Shown here: in pieces, positions 55,806 to 64,000 of the stretch
How positions within the stretch are numbered: position 1 is the first letter of the stretch
Layout of the letters: each line of letters begins with the position of its first letter
Origin: an uncultured Candidatus Rokubacteria bacterium
GTDB lineage: Bacteria; Methylomirabilota; Methylomirabilia; Rokubacteriales; CSP1-6
NCBI GenBank assembly: GCA_963762145.1
Contig: CAVXJS010000014.1
Location: 320,001-384,000 of the forward strand
Direction: 5' to 3'
DNA: 64,000 nt
Notes under the pieces: generated by a model
Databases searched by the model: none
The model's input: only the letters and a program-made list of their open reading frames with translations
Told to the model about the DNA's origin: nothing
Made by a program: the position numbers and the translations under genes

Positions 55806-56826
55806 ATGGACCTGGGCATCTTCGATCACCTCGACCGGCGGGACATGCCGGTGGCCGAGTTCTACGAGCACCGGCTGCGGCTGCTCGAGAAGTACGACGC
55901 GGCGGGCTTCTACTCCTACCACCTGGCCGAGCACCACGCGACGCCGCTCGGGCTGGCGCCCATGCCGGGCATCTTCCTGGCCGCGGCCACCCAGCGCACG
56001 CGGCGCATCCGCCTCGGGCCCTGCGTCTACTGCCTGCCGCTCTACAACCCGCTGCGATTGATCGAGGAGGTCTGCATGCTCGACCATCTCTCGCGGGGCC
56101 GGTTCGACTTCGGGGTGGGCCGCGGCATCGTGCCCGTACGAGATGGCGTACTTCGATCTCCACCATCTCGAGACCGAGGACATCTACCGGGAGACGCTCG
56201 AGATCGTCCTGCAGGGCCTGACGACCGACGTGCTCGACCATCGCGGGCCGAAGTACACGTTCAGAAAGGTGCCCGATGATCCTGAGGCCGCTCCAGCAGC
56301 CGCACCCGCCGCTCTGGTACGGGCTCGGCCACGCGGCGGGCGCCGAGTGGGCGGCCACCAACCGCGTCAACGTGATCACGAACTGGGGGCCGAGATGTCG
56401 GCGCCGCTCTTCGACGCGCTACCGCGAGGTGTGGCAGCGCAAGCACGGCGATGCCGCGATGCCGAGGCTCGGCATGGGCCGCCACGTGGTGGTCGCTCCC
56501 ACCGAGGACGCGGCCAGGCGCTCGGCCGCGCCAACTACGCGGTCTGGTACGCCAACCTCACCAAGCTCTGGCGCGACTTCGGCGCGGTCCCGTATTCGCT
56601 TCGCGCCCGACTTCGACGAGGCCGGCGCGCGCGGCGTGGCCATCGCGGGTACCCCGGCCCAGGTGCGCGCGGAGATCGAGCGGCAGGTCGACGGCGAGCG
56701 GCTGCAGCTACATGACCTGCCGGCTGATGTTCGGCGAGATGACCGAGGCGGAGGCGGCGCGCCAACGTCGACCTGTTCGTCGCCGAGGTCATGCCGTCCG
56801 TCACCGCGCTGGCCGTGCCGGCCTGA
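55806..56826 (+). CDS. LLM-class (luciferase-like) flavin-dependent oxidoreductase (many frameshifts)
   Basis: MDLGIFDH, AEHH, LDHLSRGR, PLQQPHPPLW, GTPAQV, LFVAEVMP in shifting frames. Confidence 0.8.
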
Positions 56827-56830
56827 CGCG

Positions 56831-57598
56831 GTGAGACTCCAGGGGCGCACCGCCTTCGTCACCGGGGCGAGCCGCAACATCGGGCGCGCCATCGCGCTGG
56901 CCTTCGCGGCCGAGGGCGCGGATCTCGTGCTCAACACCCGCTCCAACCGCGACGAGCTGGAGGCGGTGGCGGAGGAGTGCCGCCAGCGCGGGGTGCGCGC
57001 CGCGGCGGTGCTCGGCGACATCGGCGATCCCGACGCGGTCGAGAGCATGGTCAAGAACGGGCTCGCGGTGTTCGGGGCGATCGACGTGCTGGTGTGCAAC
57101 GCGGCCATCCGGCCGCACAAGGCGGTCACCGAGACCTCGCTGGAGGACTGGCACCGCGTGTTCGCGGTGAACCTGCACTCCGCCTTCTACCTGGCGCGCG
57201 CGGTCGTCCCCGGCATGAAGGAGCGCGGGCGGGGGAGCATCATCGCGCTCGGCGGACAGTCGAGCATCACCGGGCGGCCGGGCACCGCCGCGGTCACCGC
57301 GGCCAAGACCGGATTGCTGGGTCTGGTGCGCGCGCTGGCCGCGGAGCTCGGGCCCTCGGGCATCCGCGTCAACATGGTGGTGCCGGGGACCATCGACACC
57401 GAGCGCCGTTACGCCGAGTGGTACCCTGAGTTCCGCCAGGCGCCGCCGGGCGGGGCGGAGCAGCTCAAGCGCATCCCGCTAGGCCGGCTGGGCCGCCCGG
57501 AGGAGATCGCGGAGGCGTGCCTGTTCCTGGCATCCGACGCCTCCGCGTACGTCACGGGCGACACGATCCGCGTCATGGGCGGCAGCTTCATCGGTTGA
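56831..57598 (+). CDS. Short-chain dehydrogenase/reductase (FabG-like)
   Basis: TGASRNIG, CNAA, VTAAK (catalytic Tyr position is Val), IPLGRLGRPEE. Confidence 0.88.
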   Translation: MRLQGRTAFVTGASRNIGRAIALAFAAEGADLVLNTRSNRDELEAVAEECRQRGVRAAAVLGDIGDPDAVESMVKNGLAVFGAIDVLVCNAAIRPHKAVTETSLEDWHRVFAVNLHSAFYLARAVVPGMKERGRGSIIALGGQSSITGRPGTAAVTAAKTGLLGLVRALAAELGPSGIRVNMVVPGTIDTERRYAEWYPEFRQAPPGGAEQLKRIPLGRLGRPEEIAEACLFLASDASAYVTGDTIRVMGGSFIG

Positions 57599-57640
57599 CG
57601 GCAGAAGTGGGGTTGACGGCAGAAGTGGGGTTGACCGCAG
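57593..57640. repeat. 18-bp tandem repeat (about 2.6 copies)
   Basis: GGTTGACGGCAGAAGTGG x2 plus GGTTGACCGCAG. Confidence 0.85.
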
Positions 57641-57665
57641 CGCTGGAGATAGAGAGGAGAACAAC

Positions 57666-58043
57666 GTGGCCGCACAGGCGATGGTGCTCGAGTTCGGGAT
57701 GGGCGTGGACGTGCACGGAGACGAGGGGACGAAGGCCGCGTGCCGCGCGGTGTCGGACGCGATCCGGCACTCGAGCCTGCCGCTCTTCACCGAGGTGCGC
57801 GCCAAGGGCGGGCGCATGCTGGTGGACGTGACGGTCGGCGTACCCGATCCCGGCAAGGTGGACGTGGAGCGGGTCAAGAAGGAGCTGCCCCACGGCGAGG
57901 TGACGGTGCGCCCGGTGCAGGGCGGCCTGCGCGTGCCCAACGCGGACACCATCATCGCGTGCGCCGCGATCACGGTGAGCGTGGAGTACCCCGCGATGAG
58001 CGCCCGGGAACCGGGCGCATCCCCGGTGGAGGTCGCGGCATGA
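57666..58043 (+). CDS. Lin0512-family protein
   Basis: LEFGMGVDVHG..TKAACRAVSDAIRHSSL, VGVPDP, LPHG. Confidence 0.85.
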   Translation: MAAQAMVLEFGMGVDVHGDEGTKAACRAVSDAIRHSSLPLFTEVRAKGGRMLVDVTVGVPDPGKVDVERVKKELPHGEVTVRPVQGGLRVPNADTIIACAAITVSVEYPAMSAREPGASPVEVAA

Positions 58044-58525
58044 CCGGGATCGGTCTCAAGCGGCTGCAGCACCTCGTGCTCTGGGTGTCCGACGTGGACC
58101 GGAGCGTGCGCTTCTACTGCGACGTGCTGGGCTTCGAGGTGAAGGCGCGCTACCCGAACGCGGCCTTCCTGCGCATCGCGGGGAGCAGCGAGGATCACCA
58201 CCTGGGCCTCTTCGAGCAGCCCGGGGTCACCGGCCCCGACGAGGGCGCGGTGCGCATGTACCACTCGGCGTGGGAAGTCGGTGAGCTCACCGATCTGGTG
58301 CGCGCGCGGCGCCGGCTCATCGAGGCGCGCTCGCTGGTGGGCTCCTCGGACCACGGCGTGAGCCTGTCGCTCTACGCCAAGGATCCCGACGGCCTCGAGT
58401 TCGAGGTGTTCTGGACCGTGCCCGGCGGCCGCCCGGTGGGCACGCGCGCGCTCGACCTGGAAGGGGAGCTGGCCCGCCGGGGCATCCCGATGCCCCAGGA
58501 GATCGACGTCGCCCCGTCCACATGA
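58040..58525 (+). CDS. VOC/glyoxalase family protein
   Basis: LQHLVLWVSD, HHLGLF, YHSAWE, SLYAKDPDGLEFE. Confidence 0.9.
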   Translation: MTGIGLKRLQHLVLWVSDVDRSVRFYCDVLGFEVKARYPNAAFLRIAGSSEDHHLGLFEQPGVTGPDEGAVRMYHSAWEVGELTDLVRARRRLIEARSLVGSSDHGVSLSLYAKDPDGLEFEVFWTVPGGRPVGTRALDLEGELARRGIPMPQEIDVAPST

Positions 58526-61500
58526 CGTGTAGCGGCTGCGGCTTCGAGGCTCCCGCCGACTTCGCGTTCTGTCCGAAGTGCGGAGGCAGGCTGGCCGCTG
58601 CGCCGGCAGCGCCGCCACCGCCTCCGCCCCCGCCGACCCCCGCGCCCGACAGCGACCGCCGCCCGGTCACCGTGCTCTTCGCGGATTTGGTCGGCTTCAC
58701 CGCGCTCAGCGAGGGGCTCGACGCCGAGGACGTGCGCGCGATCCAGGCCGACCTCTTCCGCGAGATGTCCGCGTCGATCGAGCGCTACGAAGGCTTCGTC
58801 GAGAAGTTCGTGGGCGACGCGGTCATGGCCGTGTTCGGCGCCCCGATCGCGCACGAGGACGATCCCGAGCGCGGCCTGCGCGCCGCGCTTCTGATGCGCG
58901 AGCGGGTGGGCGCGCTCAATCTCCGCTGGGAGCGGCGGCTCGGGCGACCCCTCGCGCTCCACATCGGCGTCAACACCGGCCCGGTGGTGGCGGGCCGGAT
59001 CGGCGCGACCGCCGACGCCGCCTACGCGGTGACCGGCGATACCGTCAACACCGCCTCTCGCCTGCAGAGCGCGGCGCCCTCGGGCGAGATCCTGATCGGC
59101 GACACGACGTATCAGCTCACCCATCACGCCTTCGCGTTCGCCCCGCGCGAGGAGATTCCCCTCAAGGGCAAGAGCGAGCCGGTCGGGGTCCATCGCGTAC
59201 TGGGCCCGCTCGCGGCCCCGCGTTCGGCCCGCGGGCTCGAGGCCCTCGGGCTGGCCGCGCCGCTCGTGGGGCGCGAGCGCGAGCTGCGCCGGATGGACGC
59301 GGCCTTCGACGACATGCGGGCCGGCCGTGCCCAGGTGCTGAGCCTCATCGGCGAGCCGGGGGCGGGGAAATCGCGGCTACAGCGGGAGTTCTTCGCGCGC
59401 CTCCAGGGGGCCGGGCACCTCGAGGGCACCACGATCCGCCGCGCGGCGTGCTCCGCCCTGGGCGAGCAGACCTACGGAGCGGTGGCCGCGCTCCTGCGCG
59501 ACGCCTACGGGGTGGAGCACGGTGATTCCGTCGACGTCACGCGGAGCAAGCTCGCGGCGGGCCTGGAGACGCTCGGGGTCGACGCGGAGGAGCGGGCCGC
59601 GATGGTGGCCGCGCTCGCCCGGGTGTTCGGGCTCGAGCAGGACGACGCGCGCATCCGCCATCTGGAGCCCGAGCAGCTCAAGCGCCAGATCTTCATGGCC
59701 ACCTACGTGCTCGTGGAGCGGAGGCTGGCCACCGGTCCGCTGGTGCTGGTCGTCGAGGATCTGCACTGGGCCGACGCCGCCTCCATCGAGCTGATCGGTG
59801 CGGTCGCGGACCGGCTCGCCGATCGTCCGCTCCTGGTCCTCCTGATGTATCGGCCCACGCTCGAGCCGGATGCGCTCGGCACGAGCCGGACCCCGCACAC
59901 CGCGATCGAGGTCACGCCGCTGTCGCGGTCCGGGAGCGAGGACCTCCTGGCCGCGTGGTTCGGGGACTCGACGCACCTCTTCCCGGAACACCTGCGCGCC
60001 CAGATCCTGGAGCGGGCCGGCGGCAACCCGCTGTATCTCGAGGAGGTGGTGCGCGCGCTGCTCGTGGCGGGGGTGCTGGTCCGCGACGGCGAGGCGTGGC
60101 GCTGCACCGCCGAGGCCTCGACCGCGCAGGTGCCCGCCACCCTGCACGGGCTGCTGCTCGCGCGCCTGGACCGGCTCGACGCCGTGGAGCGACGGGTCAT
60201 CCAGGAAGCGGCGGTGATCGGACCCCACTTCGAGGTGTCCCTGCTGCGGGCGGCCTCGGCGGAGCCCGCCGCGGTGGACGCGGCGCTCGCCGCGCTCGCC
60301 GGCGCCGACCTGGTGACGCCGGGGCCGGATCACCAGTTCCTCCACGGCCTCCTCCAGGAGATCGTGTACCAGAACATCCTCGTGGCCCGTCGCACCGAGC
60401 TGCACACGCGCGTGGGGACGGCCCTCGAGGCCCAGGGCGCGGAGAATCCGGAGAGTCTCGAGCGACTGGTGGTCCTCGGCCACCACTGGTCGCTCGGCGC
60501 CGACAAGCGTCGGGGCGCGCGTTACCTGATGTCGGCGGGTGACTGGGCGCGCGGCATGTACGCCAACGCGGACGCGATCCTGCACTATCAGCGGGCCCTC
60601 GACGCGCTCGAGCGCGCCGACGCGCCGGCCGGGGCGGCGCAGATCGAGGCGGAGCGCCTCGTGGCCCGGGAGCGGATGGCCGACCTGCTCGGCCCGACCG
60701 GACGCCGGACGTCCGCGCTCGGCGAGTACGAGATCGTCGAGGCCGGATACCGCGCGGCGGGGGACGCGGCGGCCGAGGCGAGGATCCTTCGCAAGATGGG
60801 GGGCCTCCACTGGGACGCCGGCGCGCGAGCACGGGCGCTCCAGTGCTTCGAGGCCGGGCTCGCCCTGCTCGGTGACCATCGCGAGCACATCGAGCAGGCG
60901 CATCTCTACCAGGAGATGGGCCGGCAGGCCTTCCGCAGCGGCGACAGCCAGCGCGCCCTCGAGTGGGCGGAGCAGGCCCGGCTCCACGCCGAGCGGCTCG
61001 CCGCCGACCCCGCGCTCGACGCGGACGGGCGCGTGGAGGCGGTGACCGCCGCCGCGCAGAGCCACAATACCCTCGGCGTGGCCTGCGCCCGGCTGGGCCG
61101 GCTGGAGGAGGCGGTCGCGCACATCGAGCGCAGCGTGGCCCTCGCCCGGGAGACCGGGCTGCTGCAGGCCGCCTGTCGCGGGCTCGCGAACCTGAGCGTG
61201 CTCTACAGCACGCTCGATCCGGCGCGGGCGATCGAGACCTGTGCCGCCGGCCTCGAGATGGCCAAGAAGATCGGCGACCTCGGGTTCCAGTCGCGTCTCT
61301 ACACGAACCTCGCGGTGGCCTATTGCGCGCTCACCAACCGATGCGACGAGCAGGGCGTCGGCGCCGCGCACACCGCGATCGACCTCGACCGGCGCCTCGG
61401 GCAGCTCGATCACCTCGCGGTGCCGCTGATCGTGCTCGGGCAGATCTACCAGTGCCACGGGGATCCGACCCGCGCGATCGCGCACTACCGGGAAGCGCTC

Positions 61501-61683
61501 GCGCTCGCCGAGGAGGCCGACGAGCCGCAGCTGCTGTTTCCCTGCTACGATGGCCTCGCCACCGTCCACCTGGATCTGGGCGACGAGGCGCAGGCCGAGG
61601 ACTTCATGCAGAAGGCCCAGGCGGTCTGCGAGCGGGCCGGGCTCGAGCCCGACGCGCTCGTGGTGCTCCCGTTCCTGGATTGA
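58522..61683 (+). CDS. Zn-ribbon - class III adenylate/guanylate cyclase - STAND ATPase - TPR protein
   Basis: CSGC/CPKC; FADLVGFT, KFVGDA, GDTVNTASRL; GEPGAGKS, VVEDLHWAD, GGNPL; helical repeats. Confidence 0.92.
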   Translation: MTCSGCGFEAPADFAFCPKCGGRLAAAPAAPPPPPPPPTPAPDSDRRPVTVLFADLVGFTALSEGLDAEDVRAIQADLFREMSASIERYEGFVEKFVGDAVMAVFGAPIAHEDDPERGLRAALLMRERVGALNLRWERRLGRPLALHIGVNTGPVVAGRIGATADAAYAVTGDTVNTASRLQSAAPSGEILIGDTTYQLTHHAFAFAPREEIPLKGKSEPVGVHRVLGPLAAPRSARGLEALGLAAPLVGRERELRRMDAAFDDMRAGRAQVLSLIGEPGAGKSRLQREFFARLQGAGHLEGTTIRRAACSALGEQTYGAVAALLRDAYGVEHGDSVDVTRSKLAAGLETLGVDAEERAAMVAALARVFGLEQDDARIRHLEPEQLKRQIFMATYVLVERRLATGPLVLVVEDLHWADAASIELIGAVADRLADRPLLVLLMYRPTLEPDALGTSRTPHTAIEVTPLSRSGSEDLLAAWFGDSTHLFPEHLRAQILERAGGNPLYLEEVVRALLVAGVLVRDGEAWRCTAEASTAQVPATLHGLLLARLDRLDAVERRVIQEAAVIGPHFEVSLLRAASAEPAAVDAALAALAGADLVTPGPDHQFLHGLLQEIVYQNILVARRTELHTRVGTALEAQGAENPESLERLVVLGHHWSLGADKRRGARYLMSAGDWARGMYANADAILHYQRALDALERADAPAGAAQIEAERLVARERMADLLGPTGRRTSALGEYEIVEAGYRAAGDAAAEARILRKMGGLHWDAGARARALQCFEAGLALLGDHREHIEQAHLYQEMGRQAFRSGDSQRALEWAEQARLHAERLAADPALDADGRVEAVTAAAQSHNTLGVACARLGRLEEAVAHIERSVALARETGLLQAACRGLANLSVLYSTLDPARAIETCAAGLEMAKKIGDLGFQSRLYTNLAVAYCALTNRCDEQGVGAAHTAIDLDRRLGQLDHLAVPLIVLGQIYQCHGDPTRAIAHYREALALAEEADEPQLLFPCYDGLATVHLDLGDEAQAEDFMQKAQAVCERAGLEPDALVVLPFLD

Positions 61684-61717
61684 CGCGAACCCGACCCGAA
61701 CAGAAAGGCACTGAGCC

Positions 61718-62386
61718 ATGGCGTCCATGCTCCTTCGACCCGGTGATCCCGCCCCCGACTTCGCGCTGCCCGCGGTCAATCGAGAAGGCCAGGTCTCGCT
61801 CGATGATTATCGCGGTCGCAGTCCGGTCCTCGTTGCCCTGTTCCGCGGCCTGCACTGTCCCTTCTGCCGGCGCCAGCTCGTACAGCTGGGCACCACGCAG
61901 GAGAAGCTGAAGGCGGTAGGCGTCGAGACGATGGCGGTGGTCAATACCCCGCTGGAACGCGCGCAGCTTTACTTCAAGTATCGCCCCGCGCGGGTGCTCC
62001 TCGCCGCGGACCCGGACGCGAAGACGCACCAGGCGTTTCGGGTGCCCGCGGGCACCCTCGTCGAGAACGAATCGGAAGCCTCGTGGTCCAAGGGGACGGT
62101 CACGATGGGTCAGATGCAGGCGGCCCGGATCAATCCGACCGGAGAGCTGCCGGAGCCGCAGAATCCCTTCGTGGCGATGGAGACCCTGAACAAGAAGGAC
62201 GGGTTCGAGGTGACCGAGGTCGATCACCAGATCGCGGCCAAGCACGGCATGCAGCTGGGCGGGCACTTTCTCATCGGCCGGGACGGGATCGTTCGCTGGC
62301 TGCAGATCGAGGGTTTGGAGCGGGTCGAGGACATCTCCAAGTTCCCGAGCGACGACGAGATCGTGGCCGCGGCCCGCGCTCTCTAG
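61718..62386 (+). CDS. Redoxin (AhpC/TSA-like) protein
   Basis: GDPAPDFAL, FRGLHCPFCRR, FLIGRDGIVRW. Confidence 0.88.
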   Translation: MASMLLRPGDPAPDFALPAVNREGQVSLDDYRGRSPVLVALFRGLHCPFCRRQLVQLGTTQEKLKAVGVETMAVVNTPLERAQLYFKYRPARVLLAADPDAKTHQAFRVPAGTLVENESEASWSKGTVTMGQMQAARINPTGELPEPQNPFVAMETLNKKDGFEVTEVDHQIAAKHGMQLGGHFLIGRDGIVRWLQIEGLERVEDISKFPSDDEIVAAARAL

Positions 62387-62397
62387 GAGATCACCCC

Positions 62398-63063
62398 ATG
62401 GACATAGCCATCCCGATCTTCGAGGGCATCACCGCGCTCGACGCCATCGGCCCCTACGAGGTGCTCTCGCGCCTGCCCGGCGCCCGGGTCCGCTTCATCG
62501 CGGTGACGGCCGGTCCCTATCGCACCGACAATCGCCAGCTCACCCTGATGGCGGACGAGCCGCTGTCCGCGGTGCCGCATCCGGAGGTGGTCATGGTGCC
62601 GGGCGGCTTCGGGACGCGCGCGCTCGAAACACCGAACCCGCTGCTGGACTGGATCCGCACGGCCCACGCGACGAGCCAGTGGACCACGTCGGTCTGCACC
62701 GGCTCCATGCTGCTGGCCGCCGCGGGCGTCCTGAAGGGGCTCGAGGCCACCACGCACTGGATGTCGCTCGACCGGCTGCCCGCGTACGGCGCGCGGCCGA
62801 CGCTCAAGCGGGTGGTGGAGCAGGGCAAGGTGATCACCGCGGCGGGTGTGTCCTCGGGCATCGACATGGCGCTCACCCTGGCCGCGCGCATCGCGGGGGA
62901 CGACGTGGCCCAGGCCATCCAGCTCGGTATCGAGTACGACCCGCAGCCGCCGTTCCGGGCCGGCTCTCCCGCCACCGCTCCCGCGCACATCGTGGAAGGC
63001 CTGCGCGCGCGGATGCGGGCGCGGATGGAGCGCGACGAGGCGGCCGCATCCCGGACGGCCTGA
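62398..63063 (+). CDS. DJ-1/PfpI family protein
   Basis: LDAIGPYEV, VPGG, SVCTG, ATTHW, TAAGVSSGIDM, EYDPQPPF. Confidence 0.93.
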   Translation: MDIAIPIFEGITALDAIGPYEVLSRLPGARVRFIAVTAGPYRTDNRQLTLMADEPLSAVPHPEVVMVPGGFGTRALETPNPLLDWIRTAHATSQWTTSVCTGSMLLAAAGVLKGLEATTHWMSLDRLPAYGARPTLKRVVEQGKVITAAGVSSGIDMALTLAARIAGDDVAQAIQLGIEYDPQPPFRAGSPATAPAHIVEGLRARMRARMERDEAAASRTA

Positions 63064-63076
63064 CCCGCGTTCGGTC

Positions 63077-63970
63077 ATGGAGCGTCGCCGGCTGGGACGG
63101 ACCGACATGGACGTGAGCGTGCTCGGCTTCGGCGGCTCCGAGATCGGCTACGAGCGAGCCGGCGGGCGCACGGTGGCCCGCCTGCTCGACACCGCGCTGG
63201 ACGCCGGTCTCAACGTGATCGATACCGCGGAGTGCTACGAGGACAGCGAGGCGCTGATCGGCGCCGCGCTGGGATCCCGCCGGGACGAGATCTACCTCTT
63301 GACCAAGTGCGGCCATCCGCGGGGCTACGGCCGCGGGGACTGGCGCGAGGCGTCCCTCCTCTCGAGCATCGAGCGGAGCCTCGAGCGGCTGCGTACCGAC
63401 CGGCTCGACCTGATCCAGCTCCACAGCTGCGACCTGTCCGATCTCCGGAAGGGGGAGGCCATCACCGCCCTCGAGCGGGCGCGGGAGCGCGGGTGGACCC
63501 GCTACATCGGCTACAGCGGCGACGGGGAGGCGGCGCGCTTCGCGGTCGAGTGCGGGCGCTTCGACACGCTGCAGACCTCGGTGAGCATCGCGGACCAGGA
63601 GGCGATCGAGCGGACGCTGCCGCTCGCGGTCGAGCGGGGGATGGGGGTGATCGCCAAGCGGCCGATCGCCAATGCGGCGTGGCGCTACGCGCGCCGCCCG
63701 TCCGAGCCCTACTACCAGCCCTACTGGGAGCGGCTCCGCGCGCTGGAATATCCGTTCCTGCGTGACGCGGAGCGGGTGGTGTCCACCGCGCTACGCTTCA
63801 CGCTGGCCGCGCCGGGCGTGCACACCGCGATCGTCGGGACCAAGCGGCCGGAGCGCTGGCCGGAGAACGCGCGCCTGCTCCAGGCGGGCCCGCTCCCCGC
63901 CGAGGAGGTCGAGCGGATCCGCGCTCGATGGAGGGAAGTCGCTCAGCCCTCCTGGACCGGCGAGGTCTGA
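63077..63970 (+). CDS. Aldo/keto reductase
   Basis: RRLGRT, IDTAECY, TKCG, SLERLRTDRLDLIQLH. Confidence 0.93.
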   Translation: MERRRLGRTDMDVSVLGFGGSEIGYERAGGRTVARLLDTALDAGLNVIDTAECYEDSEALIGAALGSRRDEIYLLTKCGHPRGYGRGDWREASLLSSIERSLERLRTDRLDLIQLHSCDLSDLRKGEAITALERARERGWTRYIGYSGDGEAARFAVECGRFDTLQTSVSIADQEAIERTLPLAVERGMGVIAKRPIANAAWRYARRPSEPYYQPYWERLRALEYPFLRDAERVVSTALRFTLAAPGVHTAIVGTKRPERWPENARLLQAGPLPAEEVERIRARWREVAQPSWTGEV

Positions 63971-63974
63971 CCGC

Positions 63975-64000
63975 CTAGCCGATTTGGTAGCGCTTGATCG
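63975..64000 (-). CDS. Possible 3' end of a convergent gene (...IKRYQIG*)
   Basis: Short open frame ending in TAG at the window edge. Confidence 0.3.

Noticed and set aside
61718-62386. Redoxin as another selenoprotein
   Set aside because: Motif is CPFC with ordinary Cys codons and there is no in-frame UGA

Overview
Very GC-rich (roughly 70% or more by eye), gene-dense bacterial chromosomal segment. I found no rRNA, tRNA, CRISPR array, integrase or transposase. The gene content (orphan ABC substrate-binding proteins, many SDRs and amidohydrolases, a STAND adenylate cyclase, a TonB system) resembles Candidatus Rokubacteria/Methylomirabilota, but this is an inference. Main blocks: (1) a putative sigma-54-driven SPFH/zinc-ribbon envelope operon (3.2-6.8 kb); (2) a Piu/Fiu-type TonB iron-uptake operon preceded by two DtxR/IdeR/SirR-like palindromes rather than a Fur box (6.9-12.8 kb); (3) a MacAB-like exporter; (4) a STAS - MBL hydrolase - CHASE2/PP2C signalling module with convergent FecR and OmpA genes and a nearby RsbW-like kinase (19-27 kb); (5) catabolic genes, including a CoxMSL-like molybdenum hydroxylase. 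The best hidden signals are two genes that the ORF track breaks at an in-frame UGA followed by a SECIS-like hairpin. One is an AhpD/CMD-like CxxU selenoprotein heading an ABC-transporter operon (33992-34534). The other is a UGSC-family (UxxC) selenoprotein translationally coupled between a low-molecular-weight phosphatase/ArsC-like gene and a large conserved partner (50050-52175). At least three families of palindromic repeats occur, and one copy sits in frame inside the FAD-subunit gene. The 49.3-56.8 kb region carries many single-base indels that are probably sequencing artefacts.
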